Source: Candidatus Woesearchaeota archaeon
Lineage (GTDB): Archaea > Nanobdellota > Nanobdellia > Pacearchaeales > GW2011-AR1
NCBI GenBank assembly: GCA_964601175.1
Contig: CAZRMJ010000002.1
Coordinates: forward strand, 5,842-69,841
DNA length: 64,000 bases
Reading direction: 5' to 3'
In this document: positions 47,076 to 55,968 of the stretch, in pieces
Layout of the letters: every line of letters begins with the position of its first letter
How positions within the stretch are numbered: the first letter of the stretch is position 1
Notes under the pieces: model-generated
The model's database searches: none
What the model was told of the DNA's origin: nothing
Seen by the model: the letters and a program-made list of their open reading frames with translations, nothing else
Position numbers and translations under genes: made by a program

Positions 47076-47354
47076 ATGGTACTTGTAAAAATTTTAGGGT
47101 TTATAGACCTTATTTCTTCGATCATATTGTTTAGCATGATTTTTTCCATAAGTATTCCATTTCAGATAGTTACATTTACAGGATCGCTTTTATTTGTAAA
47201 AAGCTTATTTATTTTGAGAGGAGATTTCCTTAGCGCAGTAGATTTATTCGCAGCAATTGTAATGTTTACAGGGATATTCTTTACACCTTGGGCATTTATT
47301 ATGTGGCTATTAAGCTTACTTTTAATGTCTAAAGCAGTAGCTAGCTTCCTTTAA
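47076..47354 (+). CDS. Small hypothetical membrane protein
   Basis: 92 aa with 3-4 hydrophobic segments; own TATA about 28 nt upstream. Confidence 0.7.
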   Translation: MVLVKILGFIDLISSIILFSMIFSISIPFQIVTFTGSLLFVKSLFILRGDFLSAVDLFAAIVMFTGIFFTPWAFIMWLLSLLLMSKAVASFL

Positions 47355-47798
47355 TCAGATTATAAGAGCTCTGAATTTATTTACGAAGAAGAATTCTCTT
47401 GAGTCTAAAACATCGTTATTAACTAACCAAATTAAATCTAATAAAGAATGAAATATCATCCCTATAAATATAAAGAATAATGGATAGAAAAATATCCCTA
47501 ATATTCCTATGATCAGATGAGCTTCTACTGTGTGAAAGAAATGAAAGTCTCCTTTTTCACACATCCCGAACTCTGACTTTTGTTCAATATATTTTGAACG
47601 TAAAGAATATCCGTGAGTTATTGCTTCCGAAGGATCCCATTTTCCATGTTTGAATGCTGCAGTAAGATAATGATCAAAATCTATGAATACTGAAGCAAAC
47701 CATATTAAAAAAAGGTAAGTATAACTTGTATCTGGAGAGATTAACTTAAAGACTACGCAAAAAGCTATTCCCCAAAAAACGTGCCATCTTGGAAGCAT
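47355..47798 (-). CDS. Membrane-bound metal-dependent hydrolase-like protein (YdjM-like)
   Basis: P..H, VFIDFDH, FFHT.E, FH.LLD motifs. Confidence 0.7.
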   Translation of the reverse strand: MLPRWHVFWGIAFCVVFKLISPDTSYTYLFLIWFASVFIDFDHYLTAAFKHGKWDPSEAITHGYSLRSKYIEQKSEFGMCEKGDFHFFHTVEAHLIIGILGIFFYPLFFIFIGMIFHSLLDLIWLVNNDVLDSREFFFVNKFRALII

Positions 47799-47801
47799 TT
47801 A

Positions 47802-49316
47802 TTATTCACCCATCGCTCTTATTATATCTGCAAAGGCTCTTCTAGTTATTAATATTCCTACTGAGATTCCAATTATAGTTGTGAATGCAAATCCCCTCAA
47901 TAGTCCTGCTCCTGCCCAGAATAAAGGTAACATTGCTGCAATTATTGTAAAGAATGCTCCTGCTATTATGAATAGAGCTTTCTTTATTTTCTCTTTAATG
48001 CTGCTACTATCTTCAGATTTAGATTCATCAAGGATTATTATCTGATCATTTACTCCAGTACCCATTCCAGCAATTATTCCTGCAATACTTGCAGTATCAA
48101 GATTCCATTTCAACAATGCTGCTATTCCTAAAGTTATGAAAGCTTCAGAGAACATAGTAAGGATTACTGCAAGAGTAATCTTGATTCTCCTATATTTTAT
48201 GAATACAACTAATGAAACAATTATGAAAACTATTATTCCCAATAGAATTATAGATTTAGTAAACTGTTCTCCTAATGAAGATGAGATAGTATCTAACTTA
48301 ACTATCTCTAATTGATAAGGGATACTTCCAGTTAGAAGAAGAGTCTGCAATTTGTGCATTTGCGCCCTTGCATCTGAAAGAGCCAAGTCTGGAGTTGTTC
48401 CAGTACCAGATCCTTGAATTGATATTTGAGTAGCTACCTGTCCTTTCAAACCAGAACTTATTCTTAACTCATCAACAACTTCTCCATCTAAAAGCAATGT
48501 AAGATTTTCTGATAAATATTGACCCCCTGAATTAGGATCTAGTGGGATGGAATTAGTGATATCTGCGTGTCTTTGTGCAGCATCTGGACTTAATGCAATT
48601 GTAAATGTAAATCTACTTGCATAAGTTCCATCTCCTAAAGATTCTGGTTGGTAGACTGCAGATTGGGATGCATCTCTAAATACGTGGGTTATGTCTCTTT
48701 CCCCTCCGACAAACACGGTTTTATTGCCTATTTTTGCTTCGAAATTACCTTGCTTGCCTACTAGCTCCCTTAGATTTTCAGGAGAAGCTCCGGCAACCTC
48801 TACAAGCATAAAATTGTTTCCTGCAAGATCTTTAGATGATCTTACAGTTAAGTCTGTAAGTCCGAAAACGTTTAATCTTTGATTTGTTATGTCTACAAGA
48901 TCAGCCACTTCTGTATCTGTGAGCGTCCCATTTACTGTTTTAACCAGTGCACGAGCTCCTCCGCTAAGATCCAGACCAGTTCTTAAATTAGATTTTGGAA
49001 TTTTGCTTACAGTTATTGAAGATAGATTGGTGTCTAAAAAGATAAATGAATCTTTGTCAGTTTCTATTGAAATTCTCTTCTCTTGATTATTTAATAAAAA
49101 TTCTGAAGCTGCATTTGAGTAATCTTCTAAGTTGTTTATGGCATGATCATTTATTTTTTTTACGACCATTCCGCTTCTAAGTCCTGAATCAAAGGCCTTA
49201 GAATCTTTGTCTATATTTTTGATTAATATTCCATCTTTGAAAGTTGGAGAAATCATAAGCAAGGCAAGCAATAATGAAACTATTAACACCCAAACTCTAA
49301 AGGATATTCTTGCCAT
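47802..49316 (-). CDS. secD: Protein translocase subunit SecD with PDZ-like insert
   Basis: GLDLSGG.R, R.NVFGL.D, G.FEAKI, L.TGS.P, LD..SIAGII..GTGV.DQIII.DE, GFA.TTIIG. Confidence 0.92.
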   Translation of the reverse strand: MARISFRVWVLIVSLLLALLMISPTFKDGILIKNIDKDSKAFDSGLRSGMVVKKINDHAINNLEDYSNAASEFLLNNQEKRISIETDKDSFIFLDTNLSSITVSKIPKSNLRTGLDLSGGARALVKTVNGTLTDTEVADLVDITNQRLNVFGLTDLTVRSSKDLAGNNFMLVEVAGASPENLRELVGKQGNFEAKIGNKTVFVGGERDITHVFRDASQSAVYQPESLGDGTYASRFTFTIALSPDAAQRHADITNSIPLDPNSGGQYLSENLTLLLDGEVVDELRISSGLKGQVATQISIQGSGTGTTPDLALSDARAQMHKLQTLLLTGSIPYQLEIVKLDTISSSLGEQFTKSIILLGIIVFIIVSLVVFIKYRRIKITLAVILTMFSEAFITLGIAALLKWNLDTASIAGIIAGMGTGVNDQIIILDESKSEDSSSIKEKIKKALFIIAGAFFTIIAAMLPLFWAGAGLLRGFAFTTIIGISVGILITRRAFADIIRAMGE

Positions 49317-50230
49317 TATGCTAACCTCTTACGCTCTGCGTACCATTTTATTATTGAAGCATTTGTGAGCCATGTGTTAATTATATCGAAACCTAGGCCT
49401 ATTGCAATGATTAAGAAAATTTGTTTAAATGAATCTGGAAGTCCTGTAATTATGAAAAATGCAGGTATAACTGCTGCAAGACCTGTCAATGTCATGAATA
49501 TTCCTGTTCTAAATGCACCATATATCCTTGAATTTATTGTCTGACCTTTGCTTTTTAAGACCCTGCTAGTTAACAGAATGTCTGTGTCTACGGAATAACC
49601 TATCAACGTTAAAAATGCTGCAATTCCCGCTGATGAAATTCTAAACCCAAAAAAGTCTACTACTGCTAGGGTCATAACTATATCTGAAAATGCTGCGAAT
49701 ATTACCGCCATGCTTGGAATGAAAGTTTTGAAAAGTAAGAAGATTACCAATGACATTAAGATGAAAGATATTGTTGCTGCGATAAGCAACTGATTATAGA
49801 AATTACTTCCTAAACTTGGTCCGCTAAATTCTACGCTTGAATTATCTGCGTTTAATTTGAATCCAATTACTTCTTCTACAATTGGGACTATTTGGTCAGG
49901 TTCTCTTGAAGAATCTATAAGGACTGCCAGCTGTTTACCTGTAGATAAATCTGAAATTGTTCTTACATAAGCATCGTCTATTTTCTCTTTGATCTTATTT
50001 TCTATTAAAGAAGAATCAATGTCCGTTTTAACAGTTATTGTAGTTCCTCCGGATAAACTAGGGTCTTTGCGAATTATATCATGATTGGAAGAATAGAAAG
50101 AAACTAAATAGATAACTGATAAAATCATCACTACTATTGGGATGAATAACAATATTTTGTAATATCTGTCATACCAATGCTTACTTTTTTCGTGACTTAA
50201 ATTGTGATTGTTTGAGTTATCTTTTTCCAT
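49316..50230 (-). CDS. secF: Protein translocase subunit SecF
   Basis: L.GGT.I, GPSLG, F..FIPS.AVI.AAF.D, IAA.L.LIGYSVDTDILLT.R, GL..D..NTW.TNA. Confidence 0.93.
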   Translation of the reverse strand: MEKDNSNNHNLSHEKSKHWYDRYYKILLFIPIVVMILSVIYLVSFYSSNHDIIRKDPSLSGGTTITVKTDIDSSLIENKIKEKIDDAYVRTISDLSTGKQLAVLIDSSREPDQIVPIVEEVIGFKLNADNSSVEFSGPSLGSNFYNQLLIAATISFILMSLVIFLLFKTFIPSMAVIFAAFSDIVMTLAVVDFFGFRISSAGIAAFLTLIGYSVDTDILLTSRVLKSKGQTINSRIYGAFRTGIFMTLTGLAAVIPAFFIITGLPDSFKQIFLIIAIGLGFDIINTWLTNASIIKWYAERKRLA

Positions 50231-50240
50231 TTGAATCTCA

Positions 50241-50312
50241 TGCGCCGACTGGGGATCGAACCCAGATCATCTGCGTGGAAGGCAGACGCACTAACCATTA
50301 TGCTATCGGCGC
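50241..50312 (-). tRNA. tRNA-Gly (TCC)
   Basis: Minus strand GCGCCGA..TCTGC CT-TCC-AC GCAGA..CTGGG TTCGATC CCCAG TCGGCGC A folds as a cloverleaf; no intron, CCA not encoded. Confidence 0.95.
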
Positions 50313-50365
50313 TTTATATTTCTTCAGGAAGGAGCGTTTTAAAGCTTATGTTTCTTAACAAATTG

Positions 50366-50977
50366 ATGAACCCTCAAGAAGCAATATGGGATGACTTGTA
50401 CTCAAAAAAACTTACTTGGAAGAAGGAAACAATTAGCCTTAAGAATATACTTACTGGCAAAAAAGTTCTTGAACTTGGATCTGGAAATGGAAAGACCTTG
50501 AATGCAATATTAAGGCAGAAACCAAAAGAAATTACTGCAATTGAGATTTCTGGGGAAGCGATTAAAAGAATAAAGGGCTTGAATGTAAAATTGATAAAAG
50601 AAGACTTCTTGAAGTTCAAAACTAATGACAAATTTGAAGTGATTGTTTGCTATTATTTCCTAAACAATTTCAAGCAGGATGAAAGAATAAAAGTTGCAAA
50701 TAAAATAAAAGATCTTTTATCTGATAAAGGATTGATACTCTTTGAGGACTTTGCAGTCGGAGATTATAGACAGAAAGGTCTTCAAATTGAAAAGAATACG
50801 ATTCAAAAGTCTAATGGGTTAATATGCCATTTTTTCGATAAAGAAGAAATAAAAAATGTTTTTGGAGATTTTAAAATAGAAATTTCCGAAAAAACTCTTT
50901 CCCCTATAAGAAAAGATAAATCGATTAAAAGGAAAATAATTAATTGTACTATCCAAAACGCACCCGGTAGGATTTGA
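50366..50977 (+). CDS. Class I SAM-dependent methyltransferase
   Basis: W...Y, VLELGSGNGK, AIEIS, G.ILFEDF..GD.R...G, HFF..EE. Likely start is ATG 50366; the longer ORF runs over the tRNA. Confidence 0.85.
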   Translation: MNPQEAIWDDLYSKKLTWKKETISLKNILTGKKVLELGSGNGKTLNAILRQKPKEITAIEISGEAIKRIKGLNVKLIKEDFLKFKTNDKFEVIVCYYFLNNFKQDERIKVANKIKDLLSDKGLILFEDFAVGDYRQKGLQIEKNTIQKSNGLICHFFDKEEIKNVFGDFKIEISEKTLSPIRKDKSIKRKIINCTIQNAPGRI

Positions 50978-51033
50978 ACCTACGACCTACGCCTTAGGAG
51001 GGAGTCGCTCTATCCAGGCTGAGCTACGGGTGC
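50959..51033 (-). tRNA. tRNA-Arg (CCT)
   Basis: GCACCCG TAGCTCAGCCTGGATAGAGC G ACTCC CT-CCT-AA GGCGT ..GTAGG TTCAAAT CCTAC CGGGTGC G; one U-C mismatch in the anticodon stem. Confidence 0.92.
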
Positions 51034-51075
51034 ATGAACCCGTAATGGATTAAGATGTTTTAAAATTAATCTAAA

Positions 51076-51160
51076 TGCAGGGACTAGGATTCGAACCTAG
51101 GTAGGCACTAAGCACAGCAGATCTTGAGTCTGCCCCGTTTGACCGCTTCGGTATCCCTGC
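51076..51160 (-). tRNA. tRNA-Leu (CAA)
   Basis: GCAGGGA..GCAGA CT-CAA-GA TCTGC, long variable arm, CTAGG TTCGAAT CCTAG TCCCTGC A. Confidence 0.95.
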
Positions 51161-51184
51161 TTGTAAAATACGCTGATAGGAAGT

Positions 51185-51192
51185 TTTATAAA
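51185..51192. promoter_or_regulatory. Palindromic TATA box TTTATAAA shared by divergent tRNA-Leu and 5S rRNA
   Basis: Lies 22 nt from the 5S start and 25 nt from the tRNA-Leu 5' end within a 53-bp spacer. Confidence 0.7.
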
Positions 51193-51213
51193 TCTAACAT
51201 TTTGATGATCTGT

Positions 51214-51328
51214 GAAGACGGCCACAGTGCTGGGGAAACACCTGTTCTCATTCCGAACACAGAAGTTAAGCCTTTCACGTCCGTTTGTTGTAGTCTCCGT
51301 CAAGAGGCGAAGCTAGGATGCTGTCTTC
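51214..51328 (+). rRNA. rrf: 5S rRNA (stand-alone)
   Basis: Helix I GAAGACGGC/GCTGTCTTC; conserved GGCCACAG, AACACC.G.TC.CATTCCGAACAC.GAAGTTAAGCC; ~115 nt. Confidence 0.93.
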
Positions 51329-51330
51329 GA

Positions 51331-51337
51331 TTTTTTT
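51331..51337 (+). terminator. Oligo-T terminator after 5S rRNA
   Basis: T7 tract 2 nt after the 5S 3' end. Confidence 0.55.
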
Positions 51338-51363
51338 ATATAGTTTAGATTATTTTGATTCTT

Positions 51364-51615
51364 ATGAAGAGTTCCAAATCTGATGCAAAAAAGAAGATAG
51401 AAGAACATTTTTCTCGGGAAAAATTGAGTTTAAAACAAACAAAGAAAATAAAGAAACTTTCTATGGCCAATAGAATAAGACTTGGCATATTTAGGAAAAG
51501 GTTTTGTAAAAAATGCTTATCTGATTTAAACCTTGGAAAAGTGAGAATTTCTAAAGAACATAAGATAGTTGTTTGTGGATCTTGCGGGTATATTAACAAA
51601 TCAAAAATTAATTAG
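51364..51615 (+). CDS. rnp4: RNase P protein Rpp21 (RPR2/Rnp4)-like, short
   Basis: KKL.M..RIRL...RKRFCKKC...RI......V.CGSCG zinc ribbon. Confidence 0.8.
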   Translation: MKSSKSDAKKKIEEHFSREKLSLKQTKKIKKLSMANRIRLGIFRKRFCKKCLSDLNLGKVRISKEHKIVVCGSCGYINKSKIN

Positions 51616-51809
51616 GATTTCTTAAACTTAGAAACTTCTTCTAATACGTCTGCATGTCCAAGCATTGCTGCTCTGCAGCAGTACCTTTCTACGCCTAAAT
51701 CTGTAAGAACTTTACCTGCTTCTTCTCCTGCAGTTGTTCTTTTCTTGTATTCTTCCCATAGTTGACCTATAGGCTTTCCACAACCAAAACATCTTACTGG
51801 AATTATCAT
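51612..51809 (-). CDS. rpoN: DNA-directed RNA polymerase subunit N (Rpo10)
   Basis: MIIPVRCFGCGKPI, LGVERYCCR. Confidence 0.97.
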   Translation of the reverse strand: MIIPVRCFGCGKPIGQLWEEYKKRTTAGEEAGKVLTDLGVERYCCRAAMLGHADVLEEVSKFKKS

Positions 51810-51884
51810 ACTACTATTGCTATCTGACCATTTTTAAAGGTTTGCTACCAAAAGATTATTATATTTAGAGCTTGAATTTACATT

Positions 51885-52607
51885 ATGGAAAAGAATTTGA
51901 TATATCTTGATGGGGTGACTAAACATTATCATATGGGTGACACTACGGTTAAGGCTGTTGATGGAATAAACGTTTCCATAGATAAAGGAGATTTTGTTGC
52001 TATAATGGGCCCATCAGGAAGTGGAAAGTCTACCGCAATGAATCTAGTAGGAAGCTTAGATCTTGCTACGAATGGTAGAATTTTACTTGAAGGAGTAAAT
52101 ATAGAGAAGTTTACAGAATCTGAGCTTGCTCAATTAAGGGGCAAGAAGATAGGGTTCATTTTTCAAAGTTTTAATTTGATTCCAAATTTAACTGCAAGAG
52201 AAAATGTTATGCTTCCAATGTTATTTCAGAAAATTCCATTAGATGAGAGAATGGAAAGGAGCAAAGATTTACTCAAACTTGTTGAATTAGATACTAGAAT
52301 GGATCACTATCCAAATCAGCTTAGTGGGGGGCAGCAACAAAGAGTTGCAATAGCTAGAGCATTAGCTAATGATCCTGAAATAATTTTAGCAGATGAACCT
52401 ACTGGAAATTTAGATACTAAAACAGGAGAACATGTAATGAAATTATTAACAGATCTAAATAACAAAGGAAAAACAATTATCTTAATTACTCACGCCCCAG
52501 ATGTTGCAATGAAGCATGCAAAAAAAATATATTGGTTAAAAGATGGAAAGATAGAAAAATTAACTGTAAAGAAAGGCAGTACTTGGACTACAGTTAAATC
52601 TCCTTAA
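51885..52607 (+). CDS. ABC transporter ATP-binding protein (LolD/MacB-type)
   Basis: [52 protein letters not shown]. Confidence 0.95.
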   Translation: MEKNLIYLDGVTKHYHMGDTTVKAVDGINVSIDKGDFVAIMGPSGSGKSTAMNLVGSLDLATNGRILLEGVNIEKFTESELAQLRGKKIGFIFQSFNLIPNLTARENVMLPMLFQKIPLDERMERSKDLLKLVELDTRMDHYPNQLSGGQQQRVAIARALANDPEIILADEPTGNLDTKTGEHVMKLLTDLNNKGKTIILITHAPDVAMKHAKKIYWLKDGKIEKLTVKKGSTWTTVKSP

Positions 52608-52674
52608 TAATTGCCACTTGGAGATTATTAATTTTGTGGATAAAACTTATAAATTGTTTTTGATGCGCTGATTT

Positions 52675-53514
52675 ATGAGTAAAACTAAATCGATTATTTT
52701 TGTAACACTTCTTTTGTTTTCTATGATTGGTTTTAGTTCTGCACTTAATGTAGATTCTGTAATTGTAGACACAGTTTCACCTGGTGAAGAAGGAGTTATG
52801 AGGATAAATGTTCAAAATGATGGGAATAACGATGTTGATCTTGTTTCATTCAGTTTAGAATTTAATCAAGCTGGAATAATTCCCATAGGCAGTTCAGAGG
52901 GTTTTGTTAATAGAATAAAGGAAGATGATGATGAACTTTTTGCTTTTAGATTTAGAGTCTCTAATGATATACATGCTGGGACTTATTCTATACCTTACAC
53001 TTTAAAATATGAAGATGGAGGAGATCAAAAAACTCAAACAGGTAGAATAGGTATTGTAGTTTCCGCAGACCCGGACATAGAAGTTTTTGCAGATTCTCAA
53101 AACTCTATCATAGGGCAACAAGGCACCTTGAATCTTAGAGTCGTTAACAAAGGCTTGGCAGATGCAAGATTTGTCAATTTATTTATTGAAAGTGAAGATG
53201 TCACATTCTTATCTGAAAATTCAGAATATATCGGAACGATTGATTCGGACGATTTTGAAACAAACAATTTTGATGTTATTTATAATACTAAATTTCCCTC
53301 AATTTCTGTTAGAGTGACTTACAAAGACTTCGATAATAATGATAGGGAGATTTTAGATACTCTATCTCTTAGGGCATATACTCAAGATGAAGCAATAGAG
53401 AAAGGTATTTTAAAGAAAAACAATGCACCTACATATGTTGGAATCGCTGTTCTTCTACTTATCATCTGGTTTGTATATAGAGCGATTCGTAAAAGGCGTA
53501 AAAGGAAAGAATAA
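52675..53514 (+). CDS. COG1361-like (S-layer-domain) exported protein with C-terminal TM anchor
   Basis: Signal peptide, PGEEG...N.G, G.Y.IP..L.Y, V.N.G..DA, YIG.IDSDD; C-terminal TM plus basic tail. Confidence 0.75.
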   Translation: MSKTKSIIFVTLLLFSMIGFSSALNVDSVIVDTVSPGEEGVMRINVQNDGNNDVDLVSFSLEFNQAGIIPIGSSEGFVNRIKEDDDELFAFRFRVSNDIHAGTYSIPYTLKYEDGGDQKTQTGRIGIVVSADPDIEVFADSQNSIIGQQGTLNLRVVNKGLADARFVNLFIESEDVTFLSENSEYIGTIDSDDFETNNFDVIYNTKFPSISVRVTYKDFDNNDREILDTLSLRAYTQDEAIEKGILKKNNAPTYVGIAVLLLIIWFVYRAIRKRRKRKE

Positions 53515-53535
53515 ATTTGATATTGTGGAGAAAGC

Positions 53536-54756
53536 ATGATAATTGATTATGCATCTATTGCCTTGAAGAACTTAAGAAGGAGAGGGATTAGAAGTTGGCT
53601 TACTCTTTTAGGAATATTTATAGGAATCGCGACAGTAGTCTCTCTTATTAGCCTTGGAGGGGGATTAAGGGCCGCAATATTATCTCAATTTGGCATAAGC
53701 TCCACTGAAGTAATAGAAGTTCAAGCTGGAGGCCTTAATTCTTTTGGTCCTCCCGGAACAAGCGTAAGTAAACCTCTAACAATTCAAGATGTAGATGCAA
53801 TTTCTAAATTGGGACCGGTAGAAACAGCAATACCTAGACAAATAGCTACAGTTAAGGTTGAATTTAATAAAATTCTTAATGTGGAAGTTGCAACAAATAT
53901 AGTTGATGGCAATGATAGAAAAATACTTTATGATATCCTTGGAGTAAGCACATTAGAAGGAAAATTGCTTGAAGATGGAGATGTTGGCAAGGTTGTTCTT
54001 GGGAACAATTTTTATTATGAAGATAAAAATGGTTTCAATAAGCAAATTAGAGTTGGAAATTCTATAACTATAAATGGAAAGAAATATCAGGTAAAGGGGA
54101 TATTTGAAAAGAAAGGCAGTTTTATTTTTGATCAAATAATCATGTTGGATGATGAAGACCTTAAGTCTATATCAGATAATGGAGATAATGTTGATTTAAT
54201 AGGCGTTAAGGTAAAAAGCAAAGATTTAGTCGGTACCGCTCAGAAACAAATAGAAGATCTTCTTAGACGCAGAAGAAATGTGAAAATTGGAGAAGAAGAT
54301 TTCGAAGTATCTACTCCTGAAGCAGCACTTTCTACAGTCAATCAAATACTTGCGGGAATACAGATATTCATAGTTATGATTGCTGCAATATCCATAATTG
54401 TTGGTTCCCTTGGAATAGTCAATACTATGACTACTTCGGTTTTAGAGAGAGTCAGAGAAATAGGAATAATGAAAGCAATTGGTGCTAAAAATTCAGATAT
54501 ATTTTATCAATTTTTAATTGAAGCAGGCCTTCTTGGAATGGTTGGAGGATTAGCAGGAATAATATTTGGAATGGGAATAGGATATTTGGGGACATTTTCT
54601 ATAAACTCATTTTTGGGAGCAACTACTTCCCCTCAAATAAATTGGCCCCTAATAATAATCACATTTATTGGTAGCTTTGTCATAGGAGCTATATCTGGAA
54701 TAGTTCCTGCAATTCGTGCAGCTAATCAAAAACCTGTGGAGGCATTGAGGAGTTAA
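53536..54756 (+). CDS. ABC transporter permease (MacB/FtsX-like)
   Basis: RS.LTLLGIFIGIA.VV, GI.NTM.TSVLER.REIGIMKAIGA, PA.RAA...PVEALR. Confidence 0.93.
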   Translation: MIIDYASIALKNLRRRGIRSWLTLLGIFIGIATVVSLISLGGGLRAAILSQFGISSTEVIEVQAGGLNSFGPPGTSVSKPLTIQDVDAISKLGPVETAIPRQIATVKVEFNKILNVEVATNIVDGNDRKILYDILGVSTLEGKLLEDGDVGKVVLGNNFYYEDKNGFNKQIRVGNSITINGKKYQVKGIFEKKGSFIFDQIIMLDDEDLKSISDNGDNVDLIGVKVKSKDLVGTAQKQIEDLLRRRRNVKIGEEDFEVSTPEAALSTVNQILAGIQIFIVMIAAISIIVGSLGIVNTMTTSVLERVREIGIMKAIGAKNSDIFYQFLIEAGLLGMVGGLAGIIFGMGIGYLGTFSINSFLGATTSPQINWPLIIITFIGSFVIGAISGIVPAIRAANQKPVEALRS

Positions 54757-55968
54757 ATGATAAATAAAGAGCTTGTAAAGTATTCATTGAAAAATATAGC
54801 TCATAGAAAATCTAGAAGTTTTCTGACTATATTCTCAATACTTGTAGGAATATCTACAATATTCATATTTGTAAGTTTTGGACAAGGTTTGTTTGATTAT
54901 GTAAATGAACTCAAATCTAGTTCTGGGGCTGACAAAGTAACAGTTATTCCTAAAGGAATTGGTGCTCCTGGATTGGATAAAACTTTCTTTTTGACCGAAG
55001 AGGATTTGAAAGCCGTAAGTAAAACTTCTGGAGTCTATGAGGCTAGCGGGATATATTCCACTGCCGCAGAAATTTCAAAAAGCAAAACTAATAAATTTAT
55101 TTTTCTAGTTGGCTTCGACACAGACCATACTGATTTAATGAAAGAAGTTTTTTCAATAGATCTTGATAGTGGAAGAGACTTAAGGAATGGGGATGATAAA
55201 AAGGCTATATTGGGATATAATTATCAAATAGAAGATAAAATACTTCCCGGAAAACTTACTCTTAATGATAATTTAGAAGTTCAAGGAGAAAAAATAAGAA
55301 TCGCAGGTTTCTTTGAACAAATAGGAAATCCCCAAGATGATTCTAATATTTACATCACACAAGATTATTTTGAAAAATTATACCCTAATAGTTCTGGAAA
55401 ATATAATCAGATAGTTGCTAAAGTCGATGCAGATAATATTCAAAATGTAATCGATAGAATAGAAGATGAATTAAGAAAATCTAGAGGATTAAAGAAAGGC
55501 AAGGAAGACTTTTTTGTTTCTTCATTTGAAGATTTATTAGAACAATTTACTAGTGCTTTAAACTACATAGTCTATTTTGTAATATTTATTGCACTTATCT
55601 CCGTTGTAGTCTCTGCAGTCAATACTGCAAATACAACTATCACATCAGTCATTGAAAGAGTTAAAGAGATAGGAATAATGAAAGCAATTGGGGCACGCAA
55701 TAGTGAAGTTTTTGCAATATTTGTATTCGAAGCAGGATTTTTGGGATTCGTAGCAGGAGTTATAGGTATAATGGTTGGATTAGTGGTTACTTCTATTGCA
55801 GGAGCATTTTTGAAAAATGCTGGTTGGGGATTTTTAAGCCCACATTATTCATGGCAGTTATTTTTGGGATGCATATTATTTGCAACATTAACTGGAGCAC
55901 TATCTGGAATTATACCTTCTTGGAGAGCTTCTAAAATAAGACCTGTTAGAGCCCTTCGTTACGAGTAA
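54757..55968 (+). CDS. ABC transporter permease (MacB/FtsX-like), second copy
   Basis: RS.LTI.SILVGI, NT..TSV.ER.KEIGIMKAIGA, PS.RASK..PV.ALRYE. Confidence 0.93.
   Translation: MINKELVKYSLKNIAHRKSRSFLTIFSILVGISTIFIFVSFGQGLFDYVNELKSSSGADKVTVIPKGIGAPGLDKTFFLTEEDLKAVSKTSGVYEASGIYSTAAEISKSKTNKFIFLVGFDTDHTDLMKEVFSIDLDSGRDLRNGDDKKAILGYNYQIEDKILPGKLTLNDNLEVQGEKIRIAGFFEQIGNPQDDSNIYITQDYFEKLYPNSSGKYNQIVAKVDADNIQNVIDRIEDELRKSRGLKKGKEDFFVSSFEDLLEQFTSALNYIVYFVIFIALISVVVSAVNTANTTITSVIERVKEIGIMKAIGARNSEVFAIFVFEAGFLGFVAGVIGIMVGLVVTSIAGAFLKNAGWGFLSPHYSWQLFLGCILFATLTGALSGIIPSWRASKIRPVRALRYE

Noticed and set aside
50231..50365. N-terminal extension of the methyltransferase ORF
   Set aside because: It is the antisense of tRNA-Gly; a TATA box supports the ATG at 50366.
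51025..51044. 7-bp hairpin TACGGGT/ACCCGTA pairing upstream DNA with the tRNA-Arg 5' end
   Set aside because: Short, and mostly upstream of the predicted TSS; it would matter only on read-through from tRNA-Leu.
51097..51348. ORFs 51097-51303 (-) and 51124-51348 (+)
   Set aside because: They lie over tRNA-Leu and 5S rRNA, so they are spurious.
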